Shown here piece by piece: positions 12,468 through 24,424 of a DNA stretch of 64,000 bases. The notes under the pieces are model-generated. The model was not told the origin of the DNA, searched no databases, and saw only the letters and a program-made list of their open reading frames with translations. The DNA is from Octopus sinensis (Eukaryota). The stretch lies in assembly GCF_006345805.1 (NCBI RefSeq), contig NC_043000.1, positions 83,824,001-83,888,000 of the forward strand. The letters run 5' to 3'. The first letter of the stretch is position 1. Each line of letters begins with the position of its first letter. Both the position numbers and the translations under genes were made by a program.

Positions 12468-12725
12468 AAGGTTAATCCAAACGGGAAAACAGAAAAAACA
12501 ACAACACGTGGAACAATTACAGTATTATTATTATTAGGCGCTCAGGAAAATGGAAGAAGGAGGGTATGACGTTTCGAGCGGAGCTCTTCGTCGGAAACAT
12601 AGGAGAAAGAAAGATCCCGAGACGGGAGGACAGAGGAAAAAAAATTGCAGGTAGTCTTCACGAGGTCACATACTAAAAAGACGGAAGTAGTAAAAAAGGA
12701 GGAAAATGTTTTTTAAAAACAGGAA
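12468..12725 (-). mobile_element. Penelope-like pseudo-LTR fragment carrying a minimal hammerhead motif
   Basis: Minus strand CCGACGA-A-GAGC-TCC-GCTC-GAAAC-GTC at 12568-12594, embedded between (TA)n arrays. Confidence 0.6.
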
Positions 12726-12726
12726 T

Positions 12727-12975
12727 GTATACATACATAAATATATATATATGTATACATACATAAATATATATATATATATATATAGACATACATAAAT
12801 ATATATATATATATATATACATACATAAATATATATATATATATATACATACATAAATATATATATATATATATACATACATAAATATATATATATATAT
12901 ATATATACATACATAAATATATATATATATATATATGTGTATACATACATAAATCTATATATACATACATAAATC

Positions 12976-13056
<81 letters not shown>
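12727..13056. repeat. TACATACATAAA(TA)n compound array
   Basis: Direct inspection; source of the YIYI ORFs. Confidence 0.92.
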
Positions 13057-13058
<2 letters not shown>

Positions 13059-13812
13059 GCTAGGAGGGACTTCAAAACTACCATAAGAAACACTAGCATG
13101 AGGTATTTATATATAGAAATGCCCTTAATATAAATAAATATATTTAAAGGGAAAAAATTAATAATTTTTTTTCCCTTATGAGAAAGTTCCCCTCTGAGGC
13201 ACAAGTCCAGGGCAAAGTTGCTTATGGAAGACCAGCAGTCCCCCATGCATACCAGTCTCCCCTCTCCACACCACCAATGTTATCCAAGGGATAGGCAAAC
13301 ATCAATACAGCTTGGTACCAGTGATGGCGCAACTCATTTCTACAGCTGAGTGAACTGGAACAACATGAAATAAAGTGTGTTGCTCAAGAATACAACACAC
13401 AGCCTGGTCTGGGAACATCTACTTTTCCATGCTTGCATGAGTTGGATGGAATTTAATGTATCAGAATTTTCTATGGCTTGATACTGTTCCTATCATCAAC
13501 TCTCAACTGTTTCCAAGTAACGCATTGTTTCTCCATGGCCAAGCATGTCTTTCACAGAAGACTGGAAGTGAACAAACTTGCTTGTATGACAGTGTTACTC
13601 ATTTACAGTTATCATGTGATATCAAGATAAGAACACACACACACACACAACAGGCTTCTTTCAGTTTCTGTCCACCTAATCCACACACAAGGCCTTGATC
13701 AGCTCAATGCTATAGTAGACACTTGCCCAAGGTGCCAAGCATGTGGTTGGGAAGCAAGCTTCTTACCACACAGCCATGCCTATGTGTGTGTGTGTATACA
13801 TATATATATATA

Positions 13813-13849
<37 letters not shown>

Positions 13850-13851
<2 letters not shown>

Positions 13852-14090
13852 TGTGCAAGAGAGAAGATGCTATGGTATAGTCATATGATGTGTATGGATG
13901 AGGACAGCTGCATAAAGAAGTGTCAATCTTTAATTGTGAAGAGAACCTGTGAAAAGGGCAGACACAGGAAAACATAGGATGAAGTGGTGAGAAATAATCT
14001 TCAGATGTTGAGCCTCACAGAGGAGATGACAAGGGACGAATACTTCTGGCAATGTACTGTGCTTGAGAAGATATGTCAAGCTAAATAAAA
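13850..14090 (+). mobile_element. Old RTE ORF-end remnant
   Basis: WYSHMMCMDEDSCIKKC...RTCEKGRHRKT parallels WYGHVTRMGEDSCVQKC...GTCGRGRPRKT of the young copy. Confidence 0.75.
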
Positions 14091-14719
14091 TTGTGACCAT
14101 CTGTACATACAGGCATGTCTTTTACAACAAAACCCCTCACACACACACACACACACAATCTATCTATCAAAACTTCCTCACAACCCATCTTCCCAGCACC
14201 CCCACAAGTTGCTGCAGGCCCCTCCCTTCCACTCTCCCTTGTGCACCTCATCTGCTGCAGGCCCTCAACTTTCGTTCACATATCTGTCCACACACTCTCA
14301 ATGCCCTCACAAATCTACCATACTCCACTCCAGCCACTCCAATTTCTCTCACCATCACTTGCTACAGTCATGTCTTCCCCACCTCTAAACATCTCTCACA
14401 CTCTTATGGAACATCCCCTCCATCCCCTCTCTACTACTTATACTCTCCCTTTTACTGTTCCCTGTGGGTAAACCCCAATACAGCTCCAACACCATTTTTC
14501 TCTCTCTCTCACTTCGACTGTCTTTCTATCTTTCTCTCTAACTCCCTTCCACTTTCCTCTCCTCCCTTGTCCTAGTGGGGTAGCCAAATATCTCCTCTAT
14601 AGCAAGACAACTATCTTTATCCCTTTATTCATACTCTAAACTCTTCTCTGGCACACAAGCACTTCCCTTTATACCAATCCCTCTCACAGCTGAGAAGTCT
14701 TTTATCTTGCAAGTTACTT

Positions 14720-15011
14720 GGGAACCCTGCTGGAGCTTGTGTCACTTAAAAAGTGTATGCTGGTGCTATGTAAAAAGTACCTGGTGGTGCTGCCATATAA
14801 AAAGCACCTGTGCTGGAGCCATGTAAAAAGCACCTGTCCTGGTGCCATATAAAAAACATCCATACACTCTGTAAAGTGGTTGAGGTTAGGAAGGGCATCC
14901 AGTCATAGAAATCATGCTAAAACAGACTGGTGCAGCCCTTTGGCTTTCCAGCTCTTGTCTAACTGCCCAACCCATGCCAACATTGAAAACAAACGTTAAA
15001 TGATGATGATG
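14720..15011 (+). mobile_element. RTE 3'-end fragment
   Basis: Repeated GTGCCATATAAAAAGCACC modules, then the shared terminus GGAAGGGCATCCAG...AACCCATGC...GTTAAATGATGATG. Confidence 0.75.
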
Positions 15012-15231
15012 GTAACTGAAAACATGTATGTATGTATTTTATCTGGCTTCTTTTTTGGTTCCTATCAAACAAATTCAGTAACAGGGATTTAGTCAGCCTG
15101 AGGCTTCAGCAGAAGACACTTGTCTGAGGTGTTGCACAGTAGGACTGAACATGAAAACATGTGTGATTATCAAGCCATGACTATGCCTCGCTCTCTTTAT
15201 ATGTATGTATATGCAAATATGTGAGCATGTG

Positions 15232-15277
<46 letters not shown>

Positions 15278-15409
15278 GTTAATAATGCTTTTATCAATAG
15301 ACACCCTGCAGAGAAATAATTAAATAGAAAACCTAAAACTATTAGAAGAAACCTGTTAAGTGTGTGTGAATGGACAGAATTTGCAATGACATTATGGCTG
15401 CTCACATCA

Positions 15410-15905
15410 CTGCACCAGCTACCACCACCACCACCACCACCACCACTGCCACCGCTACCTCCACCACTACTACTATCTCCTGCATGATTACAATCACCAC
15501 TGCTACTACACCCCCGCTACCAAGATTTACAACTACCCCTGCTACTACAACTAATACTACCACTAAACCTACCACTGCCACCGCCTTTATCAAGATTTTA
15601 ATTATCTTTACTACTACTCCTACTATTATCACCACTACCACCACCACAATAAGAATTACCTCCACTACTACCACCACTTCCACTATGATAACTACTACAG
15701 CTACAACTAGCTCCACCTCAATCACAATGATGATAATCACTACCACCACCACTACTACAATAAACACTACTTAAACAACTAGCATCCCCCCATCCCCATC
15801 GCATCATACCCCTACCCCCACTTGACACCCCATCCCCACCATTTCATATCTCCATCCCCATCATTTCATACCCCCACCACTTCATACCCCATCCCCACCT
15901 CATCT
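15410..15905. repeat. Degenerate (ACC/ACT)n tract followed by CATCCC-rich repeats
   Basis: Gives poly-T and poly-V ORFs. Confidence 0.9.
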
Positions 15906-16137
15906 ATTACAACTATGGCCATCATCACCACATTCACATTATTGTGTTATCCCATAAGCATCTGACTTCAAAACATTGCTTTTTGCTCATTTGATATTTG
16001 TTTAGTTTATTATATAAATAATTTCATTGTGAGGAGAGACCAAACAAACTGCAAGTATTTGCCAGCCTGGGCTGCAAATAGTTAACAGCAGAACATGAAA
16101 AAGCGAGAGAAAAAAGATACAATAAGATTAAACTCAC

Positions 16138-16212
16138 TGCTAAACTCTTTGTTTTTACCAAATTGTTTGTAAGACTTAACAGCTTTTCGTGACACACAAA
16201 CATCAGGCTGCT
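16138..16212 (-). CDS. TBC1D32: TBC1D32 coding exon 4 (75 nt, phase 0-0)
   Basis: Strong acceptor ccttttatttctttgtatatacag and donor GCA|gtgagt. Encodes SSLMFVCHEKLLSLTNNLVKTKSLA, of the size and position expected for the short BROMI segment [23 protein letters not shown]. Confidence 0.78.
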
Positions 16213-16607
16213 CTGTATATACAAAGAAATAAAAGGAAAAACAATATTGAAAATAAGGGTTAGTATTAACTTAGTAATAAACACATATAAAAATATACAT
16301 ATTAGAAAGATAGAGAGGAGAGATTGAAAGAGATGGAGAGAAAGAGAGTCAGAGGGGGAGAGAGAGAGAGAGAGGAGAGGAGATACTGATAAAATCATTC
16401 CATTATTTCATATAGATTATCTAAGCAGATTTTTAAAGAATTCATTAGATGTGAAATATCGATAGTAGATTTGTATGTGCATGCACCATTTGTTTTGCTC
16501 AGTAAAAACTATTTGTGATGTAACTTCAAAATATTTATCCTGTAATTCATATATATATATATATATATATACACACATGCACACATGTATAATGTGTAAA
16601 CAGGAAA

Positions 16608-17158
16608 GATTGGGTAGAACAAATAAGCTTTACATAATACAACAATTGTGTCATCTTCACTTTACCAGCAAATAATTGCCAAAATATTATCATACGATAT
16701 ATACATGACATTTTATTACATTGCACCGCTATTATTTCAGCAACATTGGCAGATGAAGACTCCTCAGGTATGGATGTAAAATGTTTGCTAAGTTAAACCT
16801 TATACTTTACACAATATAATATTATACCTCACTAGATTTACACTTATCATTTTATTTGCTTTCCTCATCACTCGTTTTATTGACCATCTATACTGTACTT
16901 GAGGTTAACAAACTTGTGATGTTCGTTTTTATTTTTTGAATATGGTGAAATATTTATTCTGTAGAATATGGTTTCATTTAGTGAACACTTTGCACCCATA
17001 TCTGAGGAGTCCTCATTTGCCAGTGTTACTGAAGTAATACTGATGCAATATAATAAATCTAATGTATTTATTATATAGTAATATTTTGGCAATTATCTGC
17101 TGGTAGAGTGAAGATGAAACAGTTATAGTATTATGCAATAAAGCATGTTTGCTCAATC
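16608..17158. repeat. Diverged inverted repeat, ~210-bp arms and ~125-bp spacer
   Basis: 16608-16823 pairs with 16948-17158, e.g. CATCTTCACTTTACCAGCAAATAATTGCCAAAATATTA vs TAATATTTTGGCAATTATCTGCTGGTAGAGTGAAGATG. Confidence 0.85.
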
Positions 17159-17323
17159 CAATCTCTCTTGTTGACACATTTTTCATATATATTCCATGGA
17201 TCTTCATGGATTTCTGGATGTATCTTCATTAATACAATTGGTTTACATCATGAAACTGCACCTGGTGGCCTATATCAATGGGCAAGCTTTATAAAGTAAA
17301 CTACGAAGTTCATACACAAACTG

Positions 17324-17371
<48 letters not shown>

Positions 17372-18429
17372 TAGTTCGTCTGTTTCCTCTTGAAGTGCAT
17401 CTGCTTATTCCATTATTACAATCAATGTGTATCCATAGTTGCTGCTGTTCAAAACCAGGAAAGTGAAATTTTTAATAATACCAGACAAATTTTCACTTTC
17501 CTGTTTTGTTATGTATATATATATATATATATATAATATATATATATATATGCAGTTAAGTATATGACCAGTCATAGAGTGACCAATGGTTTTGCATACA
17601 TAAAGTGACCAATAGTCACTCTATAACTGGACATTATACTTAGCTGTGTAATAAATACATTACTGCTCTATGCTTTAGAATGTGCTTTGTTTTCAGATAT
17701 ATGATACACTGATTATATATACATACATATATATATGTGTGTGTGTGTATTTAAGTATGTTTATGTATATTTAATCATTTGTTCACCTAACATTCATTTT
17801 TTCATGGGCTTTGGATGGTGAATTATTTGAGAAAGGATTTTATATTCAGGTCCTCTTCCTGTTTCTATCCATTACCCATTTCCCAAGTAAGGGATTTCCT
17901 TATTCCCACCAAAGTGCAAAGCAATTGTTCTTAATGTCAACAAGGAATGTCAACATTATCACTGCTTTGCTGAAGCAGCAACTATTTGGAATGCAAACAT
18001 ACAGGCACATTTGCATGCGCACACAAACTCACACACACATGAAAGTCCTCTTGGAGATTTCATCTACTGAATTCCCTAACATGGTATTGGATGACCTGAA
18101 ACTATAGTTTGCAGTGGATGCAATATGCCATCTACTTCATCAATACTTTTATTCATGCACACCTGCACATGCTCTCCCCTCCTCACATTCACACTTTCAA
18201 ACCACCCACTTAACAATCACATACCCACCAACATTCCCAGCTTCACTAGCCAATGACACTATACTTATACACTTGCACATCTCTGTATCCACACACACAC
18301 ACACCACTCCTCCTTATGCTTGGTTCCACACTCACATACATTCTTATACTTCCTCACTAAGTTCCTCCCCACAAAACTGCATTCCCACTTGATTTTTAAC
18401 CTTTTACACTTTCATTCTTTTTTTTTTTC

Positions 18430-19670
18430 ATTTCAAAGGAAGGCTAACTGGGAAGATAGTTTTTGTATGTGGCAGATGCTCAGGAGCAATAAACACTGAA
18501 AATGTGCAGAGAACATTCTGCCACATTCCAGGGAGAAAAAACTAGAAGTAGGTGATAGCTTCCGTTACCTAGGTGACCAAGTCAGTAGTGGGGGTGGGTG
18601 CTCTGAAAGTGTGGCTGCTAGAATAAGAATAGCCTGAGCAAAGTTCAGAGAGCTCCTAACACTGCTGGTAGAGTAAAAAGTAGACTGTATGACGCATGTG
18701 TATGAACAGCCATGCTACATGGTAGTGAACCATGGGCCATGACTGCTGAGGACATGCATAAGCTCGCAAGGAATGAAGCCAGTATGCTCCGCTAGATGTG
18801 TAATGTCAGTGTGTATACTCAATAGAGTGTAGGTGTCTTGAGAGAAAAGTTGGACCTAAGAAGCATCAGATGTGGTGTACAAGAGAGACGATTGTGCTGG
18901 TATGGTGAGAATGGATGAGGATAGCTGCATGAAAAAGTATCACACCCTAGCGGTTGAGGGAACCTGTGGAAGAGGTAGACCCAGGAAGACCTGCGATGAG
19001 GTGGTGAAGCATGACCTTCGAACATTAAGCCTCACGTAAGCAATTACTAGTGACCAACACCTTTGGAAATATGTTGTGCTTGAGAAGACCCAGCAAGCCA
19101 AGTGAGACCATATCCAGTGGCCTATGCCAGTGGTGTAACCAGCCCACTTATGTGTACCTTTCTTTCAGTAGACACTAAACTCTGCTTGCAAAGACCTGTT
19201 GAGGCAAGTAAAATCGAATTCAAATTCGATGACAGCACCACTTGACTGGCATCCGTGCTAGTGGAGCACCATCCAAGAGTAATTGTTGCCAGGGTCGCTG
19301 ACTGATTCCCGTGCCAGTGGCACATAAAAGCACCATCCAAATGTAATCGTTACCAGCGTTGCCTTACTGGCACTTGAAAGACAACATTTGAGCGAGGTTA
19401 TCACCAGTGCCGCTGGACTGGCTCCTGTGCAGGTGGCACATAAAAAACACCATTTGAGTATGGCTATTGCCAGTACTGCCTGAATGGCCCTCATGCCAGT
19501 GGCACGTAAAAGCACCCATTAAACTCTCTGAGTGGTTGGCGTTAGGAAGAGCATCCAGCTGTAGAAACTCTGCCAGATCAGATTGGAGCCTGGTGCAGTC
19601 ATCCGGCTCGCCAGTCCTCAGTCAAACCGTCCAACCCATGCTAGGATGGAAAACGGATGTTAAATGATGA
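18430..19670 (+). mobile_element. RTE-clade LINE 3' fragment, decayed
   Basis: 18437-19105 aligns by eye to the reverse complement of 11105-11800. Stops and frameshifts present; same terminal sequence and TGA tail. Confidence 0.9.
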
Positions 19671-20164
19671 TTATATCTCTCTTTCTCAATCCCACTATGT
19701 ATCTCTCTCCATCTCTTTTGAAGATTAATATCCAGAATGTTATGACACCTCTTTCCACTAAATTGTTAAACAAAGAATTGACTTGTTTAATTTTGCTCTT
19801 CCTCCTCCTCATCATTTAACACCTTTGTTCCATACTGCTGTGGGTTGGAAGGTTTGACAAGATCTGATGAGTCTTGAGGTCTTCATCATGCTTTGGCATA
19901 GTTTCTATGGTTCGATGCCCTTCAAATGTCAACCACACTTTACAATATGGGCTGGGTACTTTGCTTGTGACACCAGCACCTGTGAGGTCACCATGCAGTC
20001 TGCGAAACTAAGATCCTCATCAAATGAGTGAGGCTACAGTGGAGAAGGAGGTGGCTTTATTCTTGGAGACGAGGGATTAAAATATGAGAAAAGGGGCCAG
20101 AGCAGAAGTTTCTTACTGCAGAGGAGCCACATGGCTATGCAACTTATAGAAGAGAGGGTGTCTG

Positions 20165-20408
20165 TTTCCATTTTGTAAGAGATGGAGTGCCATGTAAAAA
20201 GCACTGGTGCTGGTGCTACATACAAAACACTGGTGATGGTGCCATATAAAACGTACCCAGTACACTCTGTAAAGTTGTTGCCATTGGGAAGGACATTTAG
20301 CCATAGAAATCAAGCTAAAACAGACTATGGAACCTGGTGCAGCTAGTTTCTGTTAAGCCATCCAACTCATGCCAGTATGGAAAATGGACATTAAATGTTG
20401 ATGATGAT
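20165..20408 (+). mobile_element. RTE 3'-end fragment
   Basis: Same terminus and TGA tail. An inverted fragment of the same terminus lies at about 19810-19990. Confidence 0.7.
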
Positions 20409-20582
20409 ATCCCAACCTCATTATTCCCCCAGTTATAGTATATTATTTTATTGAGTTTGAAAGCTGATCCCAGGCAGAGGGTTGGAACAAATACCACAAG
20501 ACATTTTGGTGTCATGCTCTAACAATGTTGCCAGTTTGTCCAATAAAAAGACAAAAAAATTTGAAGGATAAAAGAGGATTAC

Positions 20583-20763
20583 CTGGTTAAATGATGTTGC
20601 ACAAGATCCTTCTTCATCAGAAATATCTTCCTGGGTGCTGTAGGGTTCAATACACTCAGTGTTCTTGGATTTATTCACTCCAAATTCAGAATCAAAATTT
20701 TTCTGAAGAATATCCAATGCTTTTAAAAAGCTCACTTTTAACTTGCTGTGAAATTCTTTATGG
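20583..20763 (-). CDS. TBC1D32: TBC1D32 coding exon 3 (181 nt, phase 2-0)
   Basis: Acceptor cttctttccatttacctgatatcag|C, donor CAG|gtaatc. Encodes HKEFHSKLKVSFLKALDILQKNFDSE...DEEGSCATSFNQ, ending like BROMI ...SDSSLNQ. Phase matches exon 2. Confidence 0.8.
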
Positions 20764-20827
20764 CTGATATCAGGTAAATGGAAAGAAGAATATTGAAAGA
20801 TTACTGTTTTAGATGTAGTAAATTGTA

Positions 20828-21680
20828 TTTGGAAAGTTTTCCATAAACATTTTTGCCAAAAAAAAATTGGCCTCAGGATTTTCAGCCGCAGGAAAGTTCG
20901 CCACAAAGGAATTTTTGTCAGGAAAGTTCAGTGCATAGGAAATTTTGCCACAAGACATTTTCACCAGAAAATGATGAATTGCTCCATTGGCATATAGTTG
21001 TTTCAGCCAACCTGTCAATAATACTATTAGAGAAACCAATAAAAAGGGGTAAAGTAATTCCTTAACTCATTTATTATTTCTTTATTCATTCGACAATATT
21101 TTTTTGTGTAGTCAACCCATTAAAATGGTCTAAAAAGTGGAAACTAGCAGAGGTAGTGTGAAATTAGTTGATTTTGATTTAGTTTATAGGATAGTGAAAA
21201 AACATTGGAAATGTGAAAATAGAGAATGTAAAACAAGAATGCATACTGTACTGGAAAATGATAATTTCTCTATATGTAAAACATTCGGCGAGCATTGCCA
21301 TCCTACTCATCCTTCAAAACCAAAAGTTTACATAGTAAAAATAAAACTGAAATCACTAGCCACTAATTCACAAACTTCTGTATGGTTGTTAATAGCAGAA
21401 ATTTCATCTAGTTAAGATGATAATGCATTGTCACTGATGCCAGCATCATTGCATTTATCTTGCAATATTAGAGGTGGGAGGGAAAAGAAATGCCAAGCTC
21501 CTCTGATCCCAACCGGAAGAAGTGGGCATATAATACCTGAAGAATATAGATTTCTTGAAAATGGTGAGAAGTTTTTATTATATGATAGTAGTGAAGATAA
21601 TTCAGAGAGAAATTTAGTGTTTGACATACAAGCTGGTTTAGATGATCTTGAGAATAAGAAGAATAAGAATGCTATATGAT
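20828..21680 (+). mobile_element. MULE (Mutator-like) transposon 5' fragment with FLYWCH domain and subterminal tandem repeats
   Basis: ORF 21137 has the FLYWCH pattern (YR..KKHWKCENRECKTRMHT...GEHCHP). ORF 21428 has the MULE-type FLLYDSSEDNSERNLVF. It is preceded by about 8 degenerate ~15-bp GGAAAGTTCGCC-like repeats (20830-20965). Confidence 0.7.
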
Positions 21681-21872
21681 TTGTTTCTCTCTCTTCTCTT
21701 GTGTACATAAAACTCACCTGATAAAAATATACGCTAACATTTTTACAATAAAACTGTTTTATGGAAACATCTGTTATGTGACAACATTTTTGTATTTTTA
21801 CTTTCATATATATAAATATATAATAAAAATATTTACCTCCTATTCTAAAAAAACTACTTGTTTCATTCAATT

Positions 21873-21903
<31 letters not shown>

Positions 21904-21938
21904 CACACACACTTCAATTTAGTGCATATACATGCACA

Positions 21939-22786
21939 CAGTGTTTGGAATAAATTTGACTGTTTGTTTAAAGGGGAAAGAAATTGAAATAGCCTATCTA
22001 AAAATAAAAACATTTTGAAAAATCAAAAAATATCAACAAGGTTATGCCTGGGAAATAACAATTTACTCCAAGTAGTCATCCTCAGTTTTTTTGCTCTAGA
22101 ACCTGGTACATGCATTCCTCACTATGTCTCTGGTATGATCTTTAAACACCTCCCTCCTTGATATCAGCCACTAGATAAGTTTTGGTGTTGCAGGCAGTGC
22201 AGGTGGTGTCTTTTTCAACCATGACCCGCACATAGTAATCCATGGGATTACAATCGGAGAAATCAGGTATCCAGAAATTAGGGCTGGTAATAATGTTGTA
22301 GCAATTCTCTGACAACCACTTCTGACTCTTTCCAGAGGTATGGTAAAGAGCTGAATCTTGCTTCTACACATATAACCATCCAGTAGCAACCATCTATAGT
22401 CAGGGTTTGATCATGATCTCCAGCATTTTCACATAACTCATCTACATTGAGCCTAAGGTCGTGTAAAGATGTAGGGTAATATGGCATTAATCTCACTGTA
22501 AACACACTCAGAGACCATCAGAGTTTAAGGGAACTTGGTTTTTATTATATGTGGGACATCACATGGATTATAGGCAAGCCAATGGTTGCATTGAGCAGTA
22601 GTCATGATGTTGGTGGTTTGATACCCAGTACAGATCATCATGACTGGTAACTCTTTTCCAAAAGTCAGATGTCTTCCGTGTCAATGAACTTTTTCTCAAC
22701 TACAACTTTAATCTTTACGCTCTCAAATGTCGTTGACGGTTCACCTAAACATCAACATATATTGCCAAATTTTAGCCCACACCCTG
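21939..22786 (-). mobile_element. Second, more decayed maT-type transposon
   Basis: Frameshifted SPDCNPMDYYV motif near 22230-22260. Terminus TA|CAGGGTGTGGGCTAAAATTTGG at 22786 and a degenerate counterpart near 21939. Confidence 0.65.
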
Positions 22787-23769
22787 TATATAGTCATTAA
22801 GCTTAAATCACTGTCAACATTTTGACTTGTAAAAGTTTAATAAGCATAAACTCTACTGAAAAGTATTGAATAATCCTTCTGTTTTTTGTTAAATAACTTT
22901 TATATATAACTTTACACACACACATGCTGTATGTGTGTATATGCAAATATATATATATAAATGATATATGTATACATACACACATGTGCGTGCATGTGTG
23001 GTGTGTGTATGTATGCATGTATATTAAAGCAGTTAAAATAGAAATTTATACCATCATTACACCGAGTTTCACATTACCACTTTTTCAATACAACTTAATA
23101 TTTTATTACAATTTACTAACTACAGGTTTTATATAAACACTAGGATTGTAAAATTTAAGTGCTTATAATATAAAATTTTACACTTAAAAATACTCCAGAT
23201 ATGCTTTTGGTGGAGGAGAAGGCATCAGGGTGGGTGATTACAATAAAAGAATAGTTTTCAACTAGCAATAACCATGTTTTGGATTTATTTCTTTGGTATG
23301 GCTATGGCTTAGAGTAAGAAAACTGAGGCAGATGGGTTATACATGGAAACAGACAGGAAGAGAGTGTAAGAAGTGGAGAGAGAGACTAGGGAAAACAGAA
23401 GAGAAAAGAAAGACAAGAAAATATATGAAAAATGAGAGAGAGAGAAAAAGAAAGATATAAGGAAGATAAAGAAGTAGAATGGGGACAAGGAAAAGCAGAA
23501 GAGGAGAATGTAATGATTAAATAATCTAGTAGAGTGTTTGCTAACTTAAGTTTCTCTTTCTGTACAAAAGGTTCCACAGCTACTTCACTGTTTAATAATT
23601 AACAAAAAAGGAAGCCACATGTTACAAAAATGCATTCCATTAATTCTAGTATGCACAATGGACATAAAAGATGTTTCATGACACATGATAAATATATAAT
23701 CAGTGAGTCTAAAGTACTTACTGAAATATTTAGACTTACTGTGTTTCCTTTTATGCTACCTTGTGATGA

Positions 23770-24050
23770 ATGTGGGACACTTCATCAGTGATGTTTCTTG
23801 TAGGGGTCAATGGTTGTTTCAGATCTTTCAACAATCAGACACGCTTAAGCAAGCAATCAAGTCTCACCTTCTGTCCAGTGAGCACTACCCCTTTCAGGGC
23901 ACATACCTCTTGATCCATAATTACCTTCAACCAAAAATTGCTGCATCCATAACTAATTTGATGGCTTTCTACCAACTGGTCCTTCTGATGTAGGCACAGA
24001 AGAGAAACTAGCCAGTACCCTCTATATCTCACCTTAATGGGATCACTCTA
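23770..24050 (-). mobile_element. HERO-like non-LTR retrotransposon 3' remnant
   Basis: Minus-strand PIKVRYRGY (cf. PIEVGCRGF), AIKLVMDAA..FWLK, then GTTGAAAGATCTGAAACAACCATTGACCCC...CATCACTGATGAAGTGTCC resembling remembered HERO 3' UTRs. Confidence 0.5.
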
Positions 24051-24424
24051 AGAGTCTGTAGTGTGATGTCTGTGAAGAAACTGGCTGTGTTCTATAAAAA
24101 TATATTTTCTCATATTCAAGATGTGGTTCATTTGGATTTCAATAGGAATCTAATTCCCTTTAAACAAAAAAGTATTTTAGTTACAATAAACAATATAGTT
24201 CATTCACAAACTCATACAGAGAGTGATTTCATTCAATTTTAATGTCAAAAATCTAAATGGCAAGATGGTCACAAGTTGAAAGCTTTTGGTAAAATGCCTG
24301 ATTGATATGGGCTGATCTGGTATTATACAACAACTTCCCATATGAAACCAGAGATAGGCCCTAGTTTCTCAAAGCCTTTCATAGTTTAATAGATATTTGT
24401 ATCTTACATTATTTCACATACAGA

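Noticed and set aside
15370-15774. Thr-rich mucin-like ORF
   Set aside because: Degenerate (ACC/ACT)n tract with no splice or homology support.
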